Below the pieces are notes generated by a model. The model made no database searches. It was not told the origin of the DNA and worked only from the letters and a program-made list of their open reading frames with translations. From Raillietiella orientalis (lineage: Eukaryota), in NCBI GenBank assembly GCA_036172245.1, contig JAYWIR010000040.1, positions 1,798,001 to 1,862,000 of the forward strand: a DNA stretch of 64,000 nt, written 5' to 3'. Below are positions 62,028 through 64,000 of this stretch, piece after piece. The translations under genes were made by a program, and so were the position numbers. Numbering within the stretch: position 1 is the first letter of the stretch; each line of letters starts with the position of its first letter.

Positions 62028-64000
62028 TGGAAAAGAAACATACGTGCAATTTGTATTTGGAATTAAGATGTTTCATGGTAAACTTTCATTTACACACAAA
62101 AGGGATTTCTTTCAGGAACTTAACAACATACGTCCATTATGGATGGCTAAAATTACATTACTTGAAACTAAAACAGAAATATGATTAAACACTCTGCAAA
62201 CTGTAAGCAAATTGCGTTATTTTGTTATGCAAACTTTTGCGATCCGAGGGAGAAACTTCAAGTACTTTATTTACAATACACATTGACCAAATGAACTTCG
62301 CACCTTTTATGTATCTACTTATACGACTAAGGAAATGAAAATTATTTAAATACTAGCTGAAGCATTCTTTTTGCATGGACTTTACTTTTCCCATAATATT
62401 GCCTTACAGATCAAAACGATCAAGATCATTCATTCATTTTTAACCTGTGGACAACTTGTTATATGTAAAATTCAACTGAGCAATATGTGAGAACTCATCC
62501 CATAATCGTGGACGTGTTTGTAAACAGAACTCTTCGACGTTGAACGATTCGAAGAACTAAACCCACTTTGCGCCAGCAAAGCTTGCTAACCTCGAAAACG
62601 CGTTCGATGTTTGGAAGCAATAATTTATATTTCATTTGAAATCGATATTATTCGAAATCATAATGTCACTTACTAAAATAAAAAAACGTAAGAATATGGA
62701 GCTAAAAGTTGTACAAGACGAACAGAATGAAAATTTTAGGCTATATCTTACGTGCTTTTAATCAATACCCGTCAAGTCGCAAGTTATTTTCCATACATCA
62801 CAACAGTTACGCAGCTTAGTTTAGTAATTTTTTCTTGTTTATTTTAATACGGATTTATTTAAAGCATGAAATTCAAAATTAAAAACAATGGCTAGCAAAA
62901 AAACTTATGCAAATCACATACACTGACATATTTTTTATGATACATATGCCTACTACAAAATAAGTCAGATCTACATTTTGTTGCATATTCAGATGAATTA
63001 TAAAGTCACAAAAATAAAGCAACGAAGCATAGAAAAATGCAATGACTCTAAGTATGATGCAAATAATTCACATAAGTATGCATAAATATATGCGAATAAA
63101 TCATAAGTACCTCACTACCTGATGGTTCCATATTTCTGTTGTATCCACAAATACATAAGCATTGCCTATAAGTGCACAACAGATCTTATGTACTGTAATG
63201 AGAAGAGACAGCACGTGAAGACTATATTTTCATTCTATTGATCTTGTAGCTCACATCCCCTAGGAATAGGAATTTCAAGACAATTTGTGTACATAAAATC
63301 GAGCTTATTACTAGATGTTGCCTGTCGATACAAAAAATCCCTGTTGATACAGAAAATGTTCTATACCTTTGTCATTAGTTATGAAAACAATTTAGTTAAC
63401 CCAGAAAATAAAAAATTCGTAAAAGAAAGATTTCATCGTTTAAATATTTACCATCTTTATAGCAATCTTCTAGTGTACCATAACATCATTGGGATACGCA
63501 CAACTTGTTTCATGCACTTGCAGGTTGTTCTTGTCATTACGAAGTTATTTCTTCATACACTGACTGTAAAATTTCCGTTTCCCATATCATGATAATTTAT
63601 TTCTTATACATGTCCTTGTCCTTTTGGATCTTTGAACTGTCACGAAAACAAATTCGATGAAATTTTCATTTCTGTAGTGCATTTACAGTTCGGGAATCGA
63701 AGTTCTATTTTGGTAACAAAAAAATATGTGCTCATTCAGAAAAATAAAAACATATGTTCTGGGTGTTATATTTCTCCTATAAGTAAGTTATATTCCTTAC
63801 TCCGAGGTCTCTAATGAAATTCTGGTAAATAGATTTATTAAACACGATTTATACATTTTGTTGCTTGTTCCTACTGAGATTTTGTATTATTCTATTTTGG
63901 CAATACGGAACAATTTGCAGCTTCTATAAATGATATCCAGTGTAACTAGATTCAAGAGCAAAAGCCAAGAGGAAACTTGTTATATAGCTCACTATAAGAT

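Noticed and set aside
63061..64000. Possible further gene upstream of ClC
   Set aside because: Candidate exon-like segments contain stops in the frames tested; no recognisable motifs.
1..64000. CRISPR arrays, tRNA, rRNA, U1/U2/U6 snRNA, alternative genetic code
   Set aside because: No such repeats or consensus motifs were recognised by eye (Infernal and tRNAscan not run); all five genes translate with the standard code.

Overview
Eukaryotic (metazoan, most likely arthropod or other ecdysozoan; inferred from protein similarity) genomic DNA with very short spliceosomal introns (mostly 44-80 nt). Five intact multi-exon genes can be spliced by hand: MADD/Rab3-GEF (minus, 23647-5398), CHMP2A/VPS2 (plus, 31613-32427), PRMT3 (minus, 37388-34898), a ClC-3/4/5-type Cl-/H+ exchanger (minus, 62027-58163), and a 9-exon, 343-aa secreted pepsin-fold protein that the ORF track shows only as scraps (minus, 53653-50943). 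In that protein both catalytic DTG motifs are altered (DSW and DTA) and there is no propeptide. Most remaining space holds about ten heavily decayed non-LTR retrotransposons with a C-terminal restriction-like endonuclease (RLE). All appear to lie on the minus strand and several are head-to-tail. Base composition is a sharp mosaic, with an AT-rich to GC-rich transition inside MADD. MADD also carries a candidate 9-nt microexon, a candidate alternative last exon and a 60-bp intronic palindrome. Retroelement calls come from frameshifted motif reading by eye, so their boundaries are approximate. No rRNA, tRNA, snRNA or CRISPR was recognised.
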